This document shows positions 8,116 through 17,421 of a stretch of DNA of 36,444 bases, in pieces. The translations under genes and the position numbers were made by a program. How positions within the stretch are numbered: position 1 is the stretch's first letter; every line of letters begins with the position of its first letter. Origin of the DNA: Desulfobacteraceae bacterium (lineage in GTDB: Bacteria > Desulfobacterota > DSM-4660 > Desulfatiglandales > HGW-15); assembly GCA_050122535.1 (NCBI GenBank), contig JASFIT010000002.1:1-36444 (forward strand), read 5' to 3'. A model generated the notes under the pieces. The model did not search any database, was not told the origin of the DNA, and was given only the letters and a program-made list of their open reading frames with translations.

Positions 8116-8430
8116 CTAACCACATGATGTCCCACATGAAGGGCCACATGTGCTGAGTTTGGAGGAGATGGAAAACCCAGAACCGAATGCCGAATCGACA
8201 AAATCCACGTTTATGGGTTTGGCCTGATCAAGTAATTCTTTGTCGATCAGGTAAGTGATACCATTATCTTTAATGACTTCGTCGTTTTCGCGTGGCTCAT
8301 CCAGAGCCATTCCCAGGGAGGGCCCGGATCACCCGCCCTCGGAAAGAAAAATCCTTACGTAATGGGTCCCTTCCTTGTCTTTGAAAAATTCTCCGAGCAT
8401 CTCATTCGCTTTCTCTGTAACTTCAAGCAT
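8116..8430 (-). CDS. HesB/IscA-like selenoprotein, 104 aa, with in-frame UGA (Sec) at 8329..8331
   Basis: The track ORF 8116..8310 continues upstream in the same frame through a single TGA to the ATG at 8428..8430. That ATG is preceded by AAAGGAGG (8436..8443) with a 5-nt spacer. Product: MLEVTEKANEMLGEFFKDKEGTHYVRIFLSEGG-U-SGPSLGMALDEPREN...STCGPSCGTSCG. The UGA sits where A-type Fe-S carriers have the conserved GGC(S/A)G cysteine. Confidence 0.8.
8293..8309 (-). other. Candidate bacterial SECIS hairpin
   Basis: mRNA UGGCUC-UGGAU-GAGCCA (6-bp stem, 5-nt loop containing GG) begins 19 nt after the UGA. That is within the usual distance window for bacterial SECIS elements. Not scored with any model. 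Confidence 0.5.
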
Positions 8431-8637
8431 TCTAGCCTCCTTTAGACTCAAGCGCTGGTTTAGCGCAAATTATAGCATAAAAATATACATTAACAATATT
8501 ATGTCAATCCTTTTTCTTTCTAAATATAACTAAAATGAGCATTTTTAAGAAAATTTAAAATAATATAGAAATTCTAGTATACCCAGGCTTCCAAAGGCAT
8601 ATGAAATCGGGAAAAGTCAAACAGGGTGGTACACGTG

Positions 8638-9267
8638 TCAAAAAGGCTCTTCAGATAATCTCTGTCTCAACCATTCCAGGATCTTGTCAAATTCTCCCTG
8701 GAGTTGGGCCATGGCCTTTCCCCTGTGGCTGACCCGATTCTTTTCTTCAAGGGATAGCTGGGCAAAGGTCCTTTTCAGCGGGGGGTAGTAAAACACGGGA
8801 TCATAGCCAAAACCATGATCGCCTTTCATTTCATTCGTTATCTCTCCATCGCATAGCCCCTCATAGGTGAGGGCAGGCCCGCTTGGCACGGCAATGATGA
8901 TGACGCATTTAAAGGTGGCCTTTCTGTTTATCAGGCCTTTCATTGCCTCTAACAGTTTCAGATTGTTCTCTTTATCAGAGGCTTTTGCCCCCGCATAACG
9001 GGCCGAATGGACACCAGGCCTTCCACCCAATGCATCCACCATAAGGCCGGAATCGTCCGCGAGCACAGGAAACCCGAGCATCTTCGCCGTAAGATGGGCC
9101 TTTTTGTAGGCGTTTTCCTCAAAGGTCTCTCCATCCTCTTCTATTGGAGATATGGGGCCAAAATCTTGTAAGCTCTTTATTTCAATATGGAAATCTGAAA
9201 GAAGTTCTTTGAATTCCCTTATCTTGCCCTGGTTTCGGGTGGCCAGAACCAGTGGTTTTTCAAGCAT
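8638..9267 (-). CDS. rdgB: dITP/XTP pyrophosphatase (RdgB/HAM1 family)
   Basis: LVLATRNQGKIREF N-terminus plus FGYDPVF and SHRGKA motifs. I prefer the ATG at 9267; the track start is a TTG at 9312. Confidence 0.9.
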   Translation of the reverse strand: MLEKPLVLATRNQGKIREFKELLSDFHIEIKSLQDFGPISPIEEDGETFEENAYKKAHLTAKMLGFPVLADDSGLMVDALGGRPGVHSARYAGAKASDKENNLKLLEAMKGLINRKATFKCVIIIAVPSGPALTYEGLCDGEITNEMKGDHGFGYDPVFYYPPLKRTFAQLSLEEKNRVSHRGKAMAQLQGEFDKILEWLRQRLSEEPF

Positions 9268-9357
9268 GGATGATGATCCTTTCTGACTACTATCAGATCT
9301 CTGAAAAGGCAAGGCGTGAACTGGAGCATTAGCATAGGAGGGAGATCATTGCAATAT

Positions 9358-9597
9358 TCCGTTGAGGCTGTCGGAAAACGCCCATCTGCTGCGTTACCCT
9401 CATCCCCCGCCCTGTTAAATTCTCGCTAGGCGAGACGGCGAAGCCGATTTAACAGGGCAAGTCACTGCGGCGTACTTCTCTGTACGCCTCATTCCTCGGG
9501 ATTTGTCCGCGCTTCGCTTGGACTCCCCACCCTGCGGGCGGGTCCCCAGTTTCGGAAGCCTTGCATATGGACATTTTCCATCAGCCTCTCAGAAACG
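9358..9597. mobile_element. MITE-like structured repeat (~230 bp) with 22-nt imperfect terminal inverted repeats
   Basis: The left end GAGGCTGTCGGAAAACGCCCAT (9364..9385) matches the reverse complement of ATGGACATTTTCCATCAGCCTC (9567..9588) at 18 of 22 positions. Internal nested hairpins include CCCTGTTAAAT...ATTTAACAGGG and GGCGTAC-N6-GTACGCC. No ORF. Confidence 0.5.
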
Positions 9598-9705
9598 GGT
9601 TTTCCGATAGTCTGGTTTTCAGAGGGAACTTTACATTTACACGGTAGTGGCTTCTATAGTAGCAATACCTTCCAGGCTCTTATATTCATCCGGTGAGGTT
9701 ACGCG

Positions 9706-10356
9706 GTGTTGACCCTGGAATCCTTTCAAAAACAATATGACACGACCACTTCGGAGCTGGTGATAAAGGGGCAGGCTTTTCGCTTTTTCATGGCTAAAAC
9801 GCTTGAGGACTTTGTGGACCAAGAAGATATTTTTCAGGATTTTCCCTTGTGGATCAAAATCTGGGAGACCTCCTTTGTGCTGGCTGAATACCTGGCCGGA
9901 TTGGATGCGAAAGCGGGAAAGAGGTTTCTGGAAATCGGTTGTGGCCTGGGTGTGGTGGGAATCGTGGCATCCTCATTTGGACACCATGTGACCATGACCG
10001 AGTACAATCAAGACGCCCTTAATTTTGCCCGCGCCAATGCCCTGCTAAACGAGGCTTCAAACCTAGAGATCAGAGCGCTGGATTGGTACAACCCTGAAAT
10101 TGAAGGCCCATTTGACTGTATTGTGGGATCTGAGATCCTTTACAGGGAGGGCCATTTTCAACCCATCCTTAAACTCCTCAGGACTTTCTTAAAAGAGGGC
10201 GGTGAAGTCATTCTGGCGGAGGGAATTCGAAAGACGAGTATGGCGTTCATGCATCAAATGGGTGATTACTTTCACATCACGGCCCAGAAGAAGGTCCTCC
10301 GGTCCAAGGACAAGGAGATCGCAATCATGCTTTGCAGAATGAAACCGAAAAAATAG
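9706..10356 (+). CDS. Class I SAM-dependent methyltransferase (protein-lysine methyltransferase-like, Methyltransf_16-type)
   Basis: GTG start with GGTGAGG upstream. WETSFVLAEYL and the SAM-binding motif FLEIGCGLGVVGIVA. Confidence 0.7.
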   Translation: MLTLESFQKQYDTTTSELVIKGQAFRFFMAKTLEDFVDQEDIFQDFPLWIKIWETSFVLAEYLAGLDAKAGKRFLEIGCGLGVVGIVASSFGHHVTMTEYNQDALNFARANALLNEASNLEIRALDWYNPEIEGPFDCIVGSEILYREGHFQPILKLLRTFLKEGGEVILAEGIRKTSMAFMHQMGDYFHITAQKKVLRSKDKEIAIMLCRMKPKK

Positions 10357-10381
10357 TTGGGCTGAGGCTCACTTTACGTCC

Positions 10382-11734
10382 TTATCTCGCCATCTTTTGT
10401 TCAAATTTGTTCATAAAGATCTGCCGGATTTGTTCCAGGCGCTCTTCGTCCCGGGCCTCAAAGCGAAAAACCAGGACTGGCTGGGTGTTGGATGCCCTGA
10501 CCAAACCCCACCCGCCGTCAAAGAGAACTCTGGCTCCATCCACATCAATCACTTGACGGTCTTTTTTGAACTCTTCAGCCATTTCTGCCACCACCTGAAA
10601 CTTCATGTCATCCGGGCAATCCAGGCGGATTTCAGGGGTACTCACCATTTGAGGGACTCCAGCCAGGAGTTCCTTGAGACTCTTCCCTTTTCTCGTGAGA
10701 ATCTCCAGCAAGCGTGCCCCGGCATAAATCGCATCGTCATAGCCGAAGTAGCGCTCGGCAAAAAAGAGGTGCCCGCTCATCTCCCCGGCGAGAAGTGCTC
10801 CTTCCTCTTTTAATTTGCTTTTGATTAGGGAGTGCCCCACCTTCCACATGAGGGGCTTACCTCCATGTTTTTCGATATCGTCAAAAAGAACCTGGGAGCA
10901 TTTCACTTCGCCAATGATCGTTGCGCCTGGATAGCGTTCCAACAGATCCCTAGAAAAGATAATCATCAACTGGTCTCCGAAGATAATGTTACCCTCACCG
11001 TCAACCACACCAATTCTGTCGGCATCGCCATCAAAGGCGATAGCCAGATCTGCAGAGGTTTCAGACACCTTCGAAATAGCCGCTTCTAGGTTCTCGGGTA
11101 CCGTGGGGTCCGGATGGTGGTTCGGGAAATGTCCATCTGGTTCACAGAAAAGCTTCACCACTTCAACGCCCATTGCGGTAAATGCTTCCGGGGCGACCAA
11201 TCCACCCATACCGTTGCCCCCATCCACCACTGCTTTTACGGATACTTGGCCAGGTTGGAGATTATCGCGGAGGTAATCAAGGTACGGCCCCAAGATTTCG
11301 GCGCTTTCCACCCTCCCCTTTCCCTTATGGAATTCTCCTGCCTCTCCAATCTCTCGGATCTCTTGAATCTCCTTACCGTAGATCGTGGCCTTGCCAAGGC
11401 TGATCTTGAATCCGTTGTACTCCGGAGGATTGTGGCTCCCGGTAATCTGGATGCCGCCATCCACATCAAAGTAATGAAGGGAGAAGTAAAGGAGTGGTGT
11501 GGGAATCATGCCCACATCCAAGACATCAACGCCGGTCTCTAATAAACCGCGCAGTAAAGAATCCCTCAGTTCAGGAGAACTGAGTCGGCAATCACGACCC
11601 AGCGTGATCTTTGATGCCCCCTGGCTATGGTAATAGGTCCCAAAGGAGAGCCCCAATTGGTGGACCGTCTCTTGATTCAGTTCATCAGGTACCCGCCCGC
11701 GAATATCATACTCCCTGAAGATGTGGGGGTTCAT
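10382..11734 (-). CDS. Phosphomannomutase/phosphoglucomutase
   Basis: Active-site loop ITGSHNPPEYNGFK, Mg site FDGDADR and GEMSGH sugar-binding loop; 450 aa. Its start overlaps the stop of the upstream gene (ATGA). Confidence 0.9.
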   Translation of the reverse strand: MNPHIFREYDIRGRVPDELNQETVHQLGLSFGTYYHSQGASKITLGRDCRLSSPELRDSLLRGLLETGVDVLDVGMIPTPLLYFSLHYFDVDGGIQITGSHNPPEYNGFKISLGKATIYGKEIQEIREIGEAGEFHKGKGRVESAEILGPYLDYLRDNLQPGQVSVKAVVDGGNGMGGLVAPEAFTAMGVEVVKLFCEPDGHFPNHHPDPTVPENLEAAISKVSETSADLAIAFDGDADRIGVVDGEGNIIFGDQLMIIFSRDLLERYPGATIIGEVKCSQVLFDDIEKHGGKPLMWKVGHSLIKSKLKEEGALLAGEMSGHLFFAERYFGYDDAIYAGARLLEILTRKGKSLKELLAGVPQMVSTPEIRLDCPDDMKFQVVAEMAEEFKKDRQVIDVDGARVLFDGGWGLVRASNTQPVLVFRFEARDEERLEQIRQIFMNKFEQKMAR

Positions 11735-12807
11735 AGCAGATCCTCTTTTTGGGCCCTCCGCAGTTCCTCAACGATTTTTCTGATCTCCTCTGCCTTATTC
11801 AGGTCCGCTACCAAAAGGGCGTCAGGGGTATCAATCACCAGACAGTTTTTCAGACCCAGGCAGGCCACCAACCGCCCACTGTGGCTGGAAACAAAACTCT
11901 TCTCGCAATCAACAAGAAGGGATTCTCCCTCCACGAGGTTCTGCTGCTGATCATGAGAATGTTTTTTCAACGCATACACGGATGTCCAGGATCCCACATC
12001 ACTCCATCCGCACTCGCATGGTAGAACAAAAATGGGGCCCTTCGTCTTCTCCATCACCCCGTAGTCAAAGGATATGGTGTCAAGAGGCGGGTAAACCTCC
12101 TCCATGACCTTGTCAAAGGCATCCGTTCCTACCACTTTTTTGAGCTCTTTCAGGCCTTGATGAAGATCAGGAAGATGATTCTGGATCTCTTTAAGGATGG
12201 TCTCGGGGTTTGCCACGAAGATACCCGCATTCCAATAATAGTCACCGCTTGTAAGATACTTTTGGGCCCAACGCTGATTCGGTTTTTCCACAAATGCAGA
12301 GACCTTGTAAGCGGGCAGATCCTTGAAATCGGTTTGCACTTCAGAGCCTTGAATATAGCCATAACCGGTTTCCGGCCTTGTGGGTACAAGGCCCAATGTG
12401 ACTATTCCTCCCAGCTCAGCAAGTTTTGCGGCCTTACGGAGACCTTCCACAAAGGCGGCGGGATCCCCTATGTAATGGTCTGCTGGAAGGAAGGCCACGG
12501 GTCCGTTACCGCCCAGGTGCTGAGCATAGATGGCACCAAGACCGATACAGGGGGCTGTATTTCGCCCTACCGGTTCTGCCAGTATGTGGACATTTTGGCC
12601 CTCAAAAAGTTCTTTCGCCTCCTTCAGGTGTTCCCGTCCAAGAACGAGGATCATTTCCTCCTCTCGGGCAAGTGGCTTTAACCTATTGCAGGTCTCCACC
12701 ACCATGGGATCCTTACCACTGATCTTCAGGAACTGTTTCGGTCTACCCTTGCGGCTAACCGGCCAGAAACGAGTACCGGAACCTCCTGCCATGATGACGA
12801 CAAACAT
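11731..12807 (-). CDS. Mannose-1-phosphate guanylyltransferase (short form without PMI/cupin domain)
   Basis: N-terminal IMAGGSGTRFWPVSR nucleotidyltransferase signature; 358 aa. Translationally coupled to the phosphomannomutase gene. Confidence 0.9.
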   Translation of the reverse strand: MFVVIMAGGSGTRFWPVSRKGRPKQFLKISGKDPMVVETCNRLKPLAREEEMILVLGREHLKEAKELFEGQNVHILAEPVGRNTAPCIGLGAIYAQHLGGNGPVAFLPADHYIGDPAAFVEGLRKAAKLAELGGIVTLGLVPTRPETGYGYIQGSEVQTDFKDLPAYKVSAFVEKPNQRWAQKYLTSGDYYWNAGIFVANPETILKEIQNHLPDLHQGLKELKKVVGTDAFDKVMEEVYPPLDTISFDYGVMEKTKGPIFVLPCECGWSDVGSWTSVYALKKHSHDQQQNLVEGESLLVDCEKSFVSSHSGRLVACLGLKNCLVIDTPDALLVADLNKAEEIRKIVEELRRAQKEDLL

Positions 12808-12967
12808 AGGTTACTCCAGATATGTGATTAATGTTGGATGGCCATGAAAAGCCAGATTGGACTACGATTACATCCAGGTGTGGGGGAGGAGGGGACGGCC
12901 CTTAGAGATTTTAGTGACTCCCTCGCCCCGTTCCCCGTTCCAGCTCTGCGAAGCAGGGCCAAAGGTA

Positions 12968-14152
12968 TCAGGTCCTGTAGTCCGAATTAATGGCTATGTA
13001 ATCAGGCGTTAGATCACACGTAACGACCTGGTCTTCATGTTCCCCTTGTCGGAGATCGATAGTGACAGAGAACTCTTTCTGCGCCATCCTTTTCGAAGCC
13101 TGTTTTTCCACGTCAGCACCGATCGCAAGGCCCCCCTTCACGATCTGAATTTCATCAACCCATATGTGGACATCTTCCTCTTGCAAGCTGATATTCGAAC
13201 GACCCAAGGCTGCCATAATCCTGCCCCAGTTAGGATCCTGACCATAGAAAGCGGTCTTTACCAGGAAGGAGTTGGCGATTGTCCTTGCCGCTGTATCGGC
13301 ATCCTCATGACTGGCTGCCCCTTTTACTTTCACATAAACCACTTTGGTGGCGCCTTCACCATCCCTCACGATCATGGTAGCCAGCTCATCCATAACGTGG
13401 GTCAATCCTATTTGAAACCTCTCATACTCACCAGAGGTTAATTCCCCGTTCCCCGCCATCCCATTGGCCATGGCCAGAACCGTATCATTCGTGCTTGTGT
13501 CACCATCCACGCTAATGCGGTTGAATGTGCGCTCAGCGGAGAAGCAAATAGCTTTACTAAGATCAGCCACATCCATACGGATATCGCTTAACAAAAAACA
13601 GAGCATGGTGGCCATGTTGGGCATAATCATGCCTGCCCCTTTTGCTATTCCAAGAATCTGATAGGGCTTACCGTCAGCTTCGCCTTCGAATCGGCTTATC
13701 TTGGCAAAGGAGTCGGTGGTCATGATCGCTTCTGCGGCCTCTTGCAGGCCCTCTGGCATAAGGTGCTTAGCAAGTTCTGGTATGGTACGCTCAATCCGAT
13801 TCATGGATAAGGGCGTACCGATGACACCTGTTGACGCAACAAGGACTTCGTCAGGTTTAATCCCCAGTTCCCTGGCCACCAATTCCGCTTCTCTAAGGGC
13901 ATTGTCCAGACCAACTTTCCCCGTACAGGCATTTGCGTTTCCCGAGTTGGCTATGATAGCTCTCACCTTTCCTTTTCGGATGTTTTCTTGGCTAAGTATA
14001 ACTGGAGCCGCTTTCACCCTGTTGGTGGTAAAGACCCCTGCCGCAACGGCATCTTTTTCAGAATATATGAGGGCCATATCCAGCCCACCATCTTTCTTGA
14101 TACCCGCAGCCATTGCCGACGCCTTAAACCCTTGAATGATGTAGTTTGCCAT
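12968..14152 (-). CDS. argJ: Bifunctional ornithine acetyltransferase / N-acetylglutamate synthase
   Basis: 394 aa, with GFKASAMAAGIKK at the N-terminus. Autoproteolysis region PNMATMLCF and C-terminal INSDYRT. Confidence 0.95.
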   Translation of the reverse strand: MANYIIQGFKASAMAAGIKKDGGLDMALIYSEKDAVAAGVFTTNRVKAAPVILSQENIRKGKVRAIIANSGNANACTGKVGLDNALREAELVARELGIKPDEVLVASTGVIGTPLSMNRIERTIPELAKHLMPEGLQEAAEAIMTTDSFAKISRFEGEADGKPYQILGIAKGAGMIMPNMATMLCFLLSDIRMDVADLSKAICFSAERTFNRISVDGDTSTNDTVLAMANGMAGNGELTSGEYERFQIGLTHVMDELATMIVRDGEGATKVVYVKVKGAASHEDADTAARTIANSFLVKTAFYGQDPNWGRIMAALGRSNISLQEEDVHIWVDEIQIVKGGLAIGADVEKQASKRMAQKEFSVTIDLRQGEHEDQVVTCDLTPDYIAINSDYRT

Positions 14153-14239
14153 AACCCTGCCCCGCTAATTTTTACCCAAGTTCCTTCTTCCCTGGTCTTT
14201 ACCAGATATTCTCTGCCTTGTCTTACTATAAAATGCTTA

Positions 14240-14272
14240 TTACCGTCCCCGCACAAAGTGCGGGGACGGTAA
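14240..14272. repeat. REP-like perfect 15-bp hairpin TTACCGTCCCCGCAC-AAA-GTGCGGGGACGGTAA
   Basis: Perfect palindrome that shares the core CCCCGCAC/GTGCGGGG with 3463..3486. No U-run follows on either strand. Confidence 0.65.
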
Positions 14273-14347
14273 AAGTGCCGTTCCCTCTCTGGGCCGGGAG
14301 TTTTCAGAAGGAGAGATATAGAATTTTCGCCGGTGGGAGGCTGATAC

Positions 14348-14382
14348 TTTTTGCTTTCCGTCCTCTCAACGGAAAGCAAAAA
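14348..14382. repeat. Perfect 14-bp hairpin TTTTTGCTTTCCGT-CCTCTCA-ACGGAAAGCAAAAA
   Basis: Lies in the 304-nt argJ-secA spacer. The T-run and A-run are part of the stem, so it is not a canonical terminator. A tandem CTCAGCGTC x2 follows at 14393..14410. Confidence 0.6.
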
Positions 14383-14456
14383 ATTAAAAGGGCTCAGCGT
14401 CCTCAGCGTCTCTGCGGTGAATAAGATATCGGAAAAGAACCGTTTCCAGGCGGAAA

Positions 14457-17318
14457 CTATGTTGCGCCACAGCACTTCTTATACTTCTTACCACTACCGC
14501 ACGGACAGGGGGCGTTCCTGCCGATCTTCTTGCCCTCCCGCTTGACCGTTGCTGGCTTGCCCCCGTCATCCCCGTGGCTAAGATGCATAGCCCTCTTTTT
14601 CTTTTTAGGCAGTTCTTCGGCCGGCCTTTGTCGGAGGATTTGAACACGGGAAAGGGTGGTGAGGGTCTCTTCCCTTATTCGATCCATGAGCTCTTCGAAA
14701 AGTGCAAATCCCTCCTTTTGATACTCCCGGAGGGGGTCGAGTTGGCCGTAGCCCCTCAGCCCTATTCCTTCCTTCATGTGTTCCATGGCTTGGAGGTGGG
14801 CGACCCACAGGTCATCAATGATTTTTAAAATGACAAATCTTTCCAAAGATCTCAGGTCTTCTTCTCCAAATGTCTGCTCCCTTTTCTCAAAAGAGGCTTG
14901 GACCTGTTCCATGATCAAATCGGTCAGGTCTTCCACTTTCAACTGATCAAACCTCTCTTCTCCAAGATCTTCAGGCCCGATCTTTGGTGCAAAGCCGAAC
15001 AATCTGGCGACGTTTTCTTTCAATCCCTGGATATCCCAGTCTTCCGGGTGCTCCTTGGGATCGGTGAAGCCCTCGATCAGGAACTCCACCTTTTCACCGG
15101 CCATATTCTGGATAAGGTCTCCTACCCCGTCGCCCCCAAGCAGATCTCTCCTCAGGCTGTAGATGATCTCCCTTTGCTTGTTCATCACATCATCATATTC
15201 GAGCAGGTGTTTTCTGATATCAAAATGATGGGATTCCACCTTCTTTTGGGCATTTTCGATGGCCCTGGAGATCAGATTATGCTCAATGGGTTGTCCCTCT
15301 TCCATGCCCAGGCGATCCATGACGGAGGATATTCTCTCAGAACCGAATATCCTGAGGAGATCATCCTCAAGGGAAAGATAGAAACGCGAAGTCCCGGGAT
15401 CTCCCTGTCGGCCCGATCTACCCCTGAGCTGGTTATCGATACGACGGCTTTCATGTCTTTCTGTCCCGAGTATGTGGAGTCCATCCAGATCCACCACGCC
15501 GTCGCCCAGCACAATATCTGTACCTCTACCTGCCATATTGGTGGAGATGGTTACGGTCTTTGATTGGCCTGCCTGTGCAACGATTTCCGCCTCCTTCTCG
15601 TGATGCTTGGCGTTCAGGACAGAATGGGGAATGCCTGCCCTTTTCAGCATCTTACTCAACATCTCTGATTTTTCGATGGAAATGGTCCCCACGAGGACAG
15701 GCTGACCTTTTTCATAGAGTTCTTTGATTTCCTCCAGAACCGCCGTGAACTTCTCCCTTTCGGTCTTATAGATCACATCAGGGTAGTCTGTGCGAATCAT
15801 TTTCTTGTTGGTGGGTACGACCGTAACATCCAATTTATATGTACTATTAAATTCAGGAGCCTCTGTGTCCGCGGTTCCTGTCATTCCAGCAAGTTTTTCA
15901 TACATACGGAAGTAGTTCTGGAAGGTAACGGTAGCCAGGGTCTGGTTCTCTTCTGCCACGCTCACGCCTTCCTTTGCCTCCACAGCCTGATGTAGCCCGT
16001 CGCTCCATCGGCGACCCGGCATCATACGTCCCGTGAATTCGTCCACAATGACCACCTGACCATCTTTAAGGACATATTGTACGTCCTTCTCGAATAGCCA
16101 GTAGGCTTTAATAAGCTGCTGGGTGGCGTGAAGGAGTTCAGAGGAGCGCACATATCGATCTTCCAGTTCCCTGAGGTGCGTCGATTTTTCCCCTTCACTC
16201 AGGCTTTCATCGGCCCTGATATTGTGGCTTTCATCATCTATGTCAGGGAGCACGAAATCACCCAGCCCCGCAGTGGAGACGAGTCTGATCCCTTTTTCTG
16301 TGAGGTCTACGGAATTGCTGCGCTCGTCAATGGTGCAGTAAAGGTCCTGATCCAACTCGGGTAGGAGTTTCTGGGACCTCAGCATGCTCTCCATCCGATC
16401 TATTTCTTTTTTGAAGGCCTGATTATTGGCTAGAATATCCAGAAAAACAGGATTCTTGGGATCTCCCCGTTTGACTTTGAGAAGCATCTCAATGGTCCGG
16501 TCCCCGTCATCCTCATCAGTGAGTCTATTTCGCACATCCTTAAGAATGGATCGAATAACGGTCCCCTGATTTTTCTTCAGATTGATGACCAGGGGTTTGA
16601 CCTCCATGTAGATTTTGTTTTCGCTATGCTCCACGGGGCCGCTTATGATCAGCGGCGTTCTGGACTCATCGATCAATATGCTGTCCACTTCGTCCACAAT
16701 GGCGTAATGAAAATCCCTCTGCACAAAATCCTCAGAGTCAAACTTCATATTGTCTCTCAGGTAATCAAACCCGAATTCGTTGTTTGTACCGTAGGTTATG
16801 TCACAACTATAGGCCTCCTTCCGATCCTCATCGGACATGCCATGAACAATAACACCCACAGAAAGCCCCAAGAAGTTGTAGATCCCTCCCATCCACTCCG
16901 CGTCTCGTCTTGCTAGATAATCGTTGACCGTGACCAACTGGACGCCCCTTTCTGTGAGGGCGTTCAGGTAGAGGGGAAGGGTGGCCGCCAATGTCTTGCC
17001 TTCACCCGTTTTCATCTCAGCGATCTTCCCTTCATGCAGTACGATGCCGCCGATAAGCTGAACATCAAAGTGGCGCATCCCCAGAGTCCTGACAGAGGCC
17101 TCCCGCACAGCAGCAAAGGTCTCGGGCAGCAGATCTTCTAAAGATTCATCCCGTGAATGTCGCTCTTTGAACTCAGCGGTCTTTGCACGAAGCTGGGTGT
17201 CAGAGAGGGCCTGAAATTGAGGTTCCAATCGGTTTATGGCATCAACCATGGGAGCCATACGTTTCAACTCCCTCTCGTTCTTACTGCCAAATATTCCTTT
17301 TACGACTTTACCGATCAT
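14457..17318 (-). CDS. secA: Preprotein translocase ATPase SecA
   Basis: 953 aa with Walker A MKTGEGKT and the DEAD-like [10 protein letters not shown] motif. C-terminal zinc finger [14 protein letters not shown]. Confidence 0.98.
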   Translation of the reverse strand: MIGKVVKGIFGSKNERELKRMAPMVDAINRLEPQFQALSDTQLRAKTAEFKERHSRDESLEDLLPETFAAVREASVRTLGMRHFDVQLIGGIVLHEGKIAEMKTGEGKTLAATLPLYLNALTERGVQLVTVNDYLARRDAEWMGGIYNFLGLSVGVIVHGMSDEDRKEAYSCDITYGTNNEFGFDYLRDNMKFDSEDFVQRDFHYAIVDEVDSILIDESRTPLIISGPVEHSENKIYMEVKPLVINLKKNQGTVIRSILKDVRNRLTDEDDGDRTIEMLLKVKRGDPKNPVFLDILANNQAFKKEIDRMESMLRSQKLLPELDQDLYCTIDERSNSVDLTEKGIRLVSTAGLGDFVLPDIDDESHNIRADESLSEGEKSTHLRELEDRYVRSSELLHATQQLIKAYWLFEKDVQYVLKDGQVVIVDEFTGRMMPGRRWSDGLHQAVEAKEGVSVAEENQTLATVTFQNYFRMYEKLAGMTGTADTEAPEFNSTYKLDVTVVPTNKKMIRTDYPDVIYKTEREKFTAVLEEIKELYEKGQPVLVGTISIEKSEMLSKMLKRAGIPHSVLNAKHHEKEAEIVAQAGQSKTVTISTNMAGRGTDIVLGDGVVDLDGLHILGTERHESRRIDNQLRGRSGRQGDPGTSRFYLSLEDDLLRIFGSERISSVMDRLGMEEGQPIEHNLISRAIENAQKKVESHHFDIRKHLLEYDDVMNKQREIIYSLRRDLLGGDGVGDLIQNMAGEKVEFLIEGFTDPKEHPEDWDIQGLKENVARLFGFAPKIGPEDLGEERFDQLKVEDLTDLIMEQVQASFEKREQTFGEEDLRSLERFVILKIIDDLWVAHLQAMEHMKEGIGLRGYGQLDPLREYQKEGFALFEELMDRIREETLTTLSRVQILRQRPAEELPKKKKRAMHLSHGDDGGKPATVKREGKKIGRNAPCPCGSGKKYKKCCGAT

Positions 17319-17421
17319 CGGTTGTCAGCAGCTCCATGAGGATGAATAAAGCAAGGTTCTGAGATGGGAAAAATCCTAGAATCGATTATACACTATAAAT
17401 GAGGAGAAAGAAATTTGAAAG

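Noticed and set aside
12157-12681. 174-aa plus-strand ORF
   Set aside because: It is antisense to the mannose-1-phosphate guanylyltransferase gene, with no independent support.
14898-15563. 221-aa plus-strand ORF (and other 60-140-aa ORFs) inside secA
   Set aside because: They are antisense to a 953-aa gene with unmistakable SecA motifs. These are mirror-frame artefacts.
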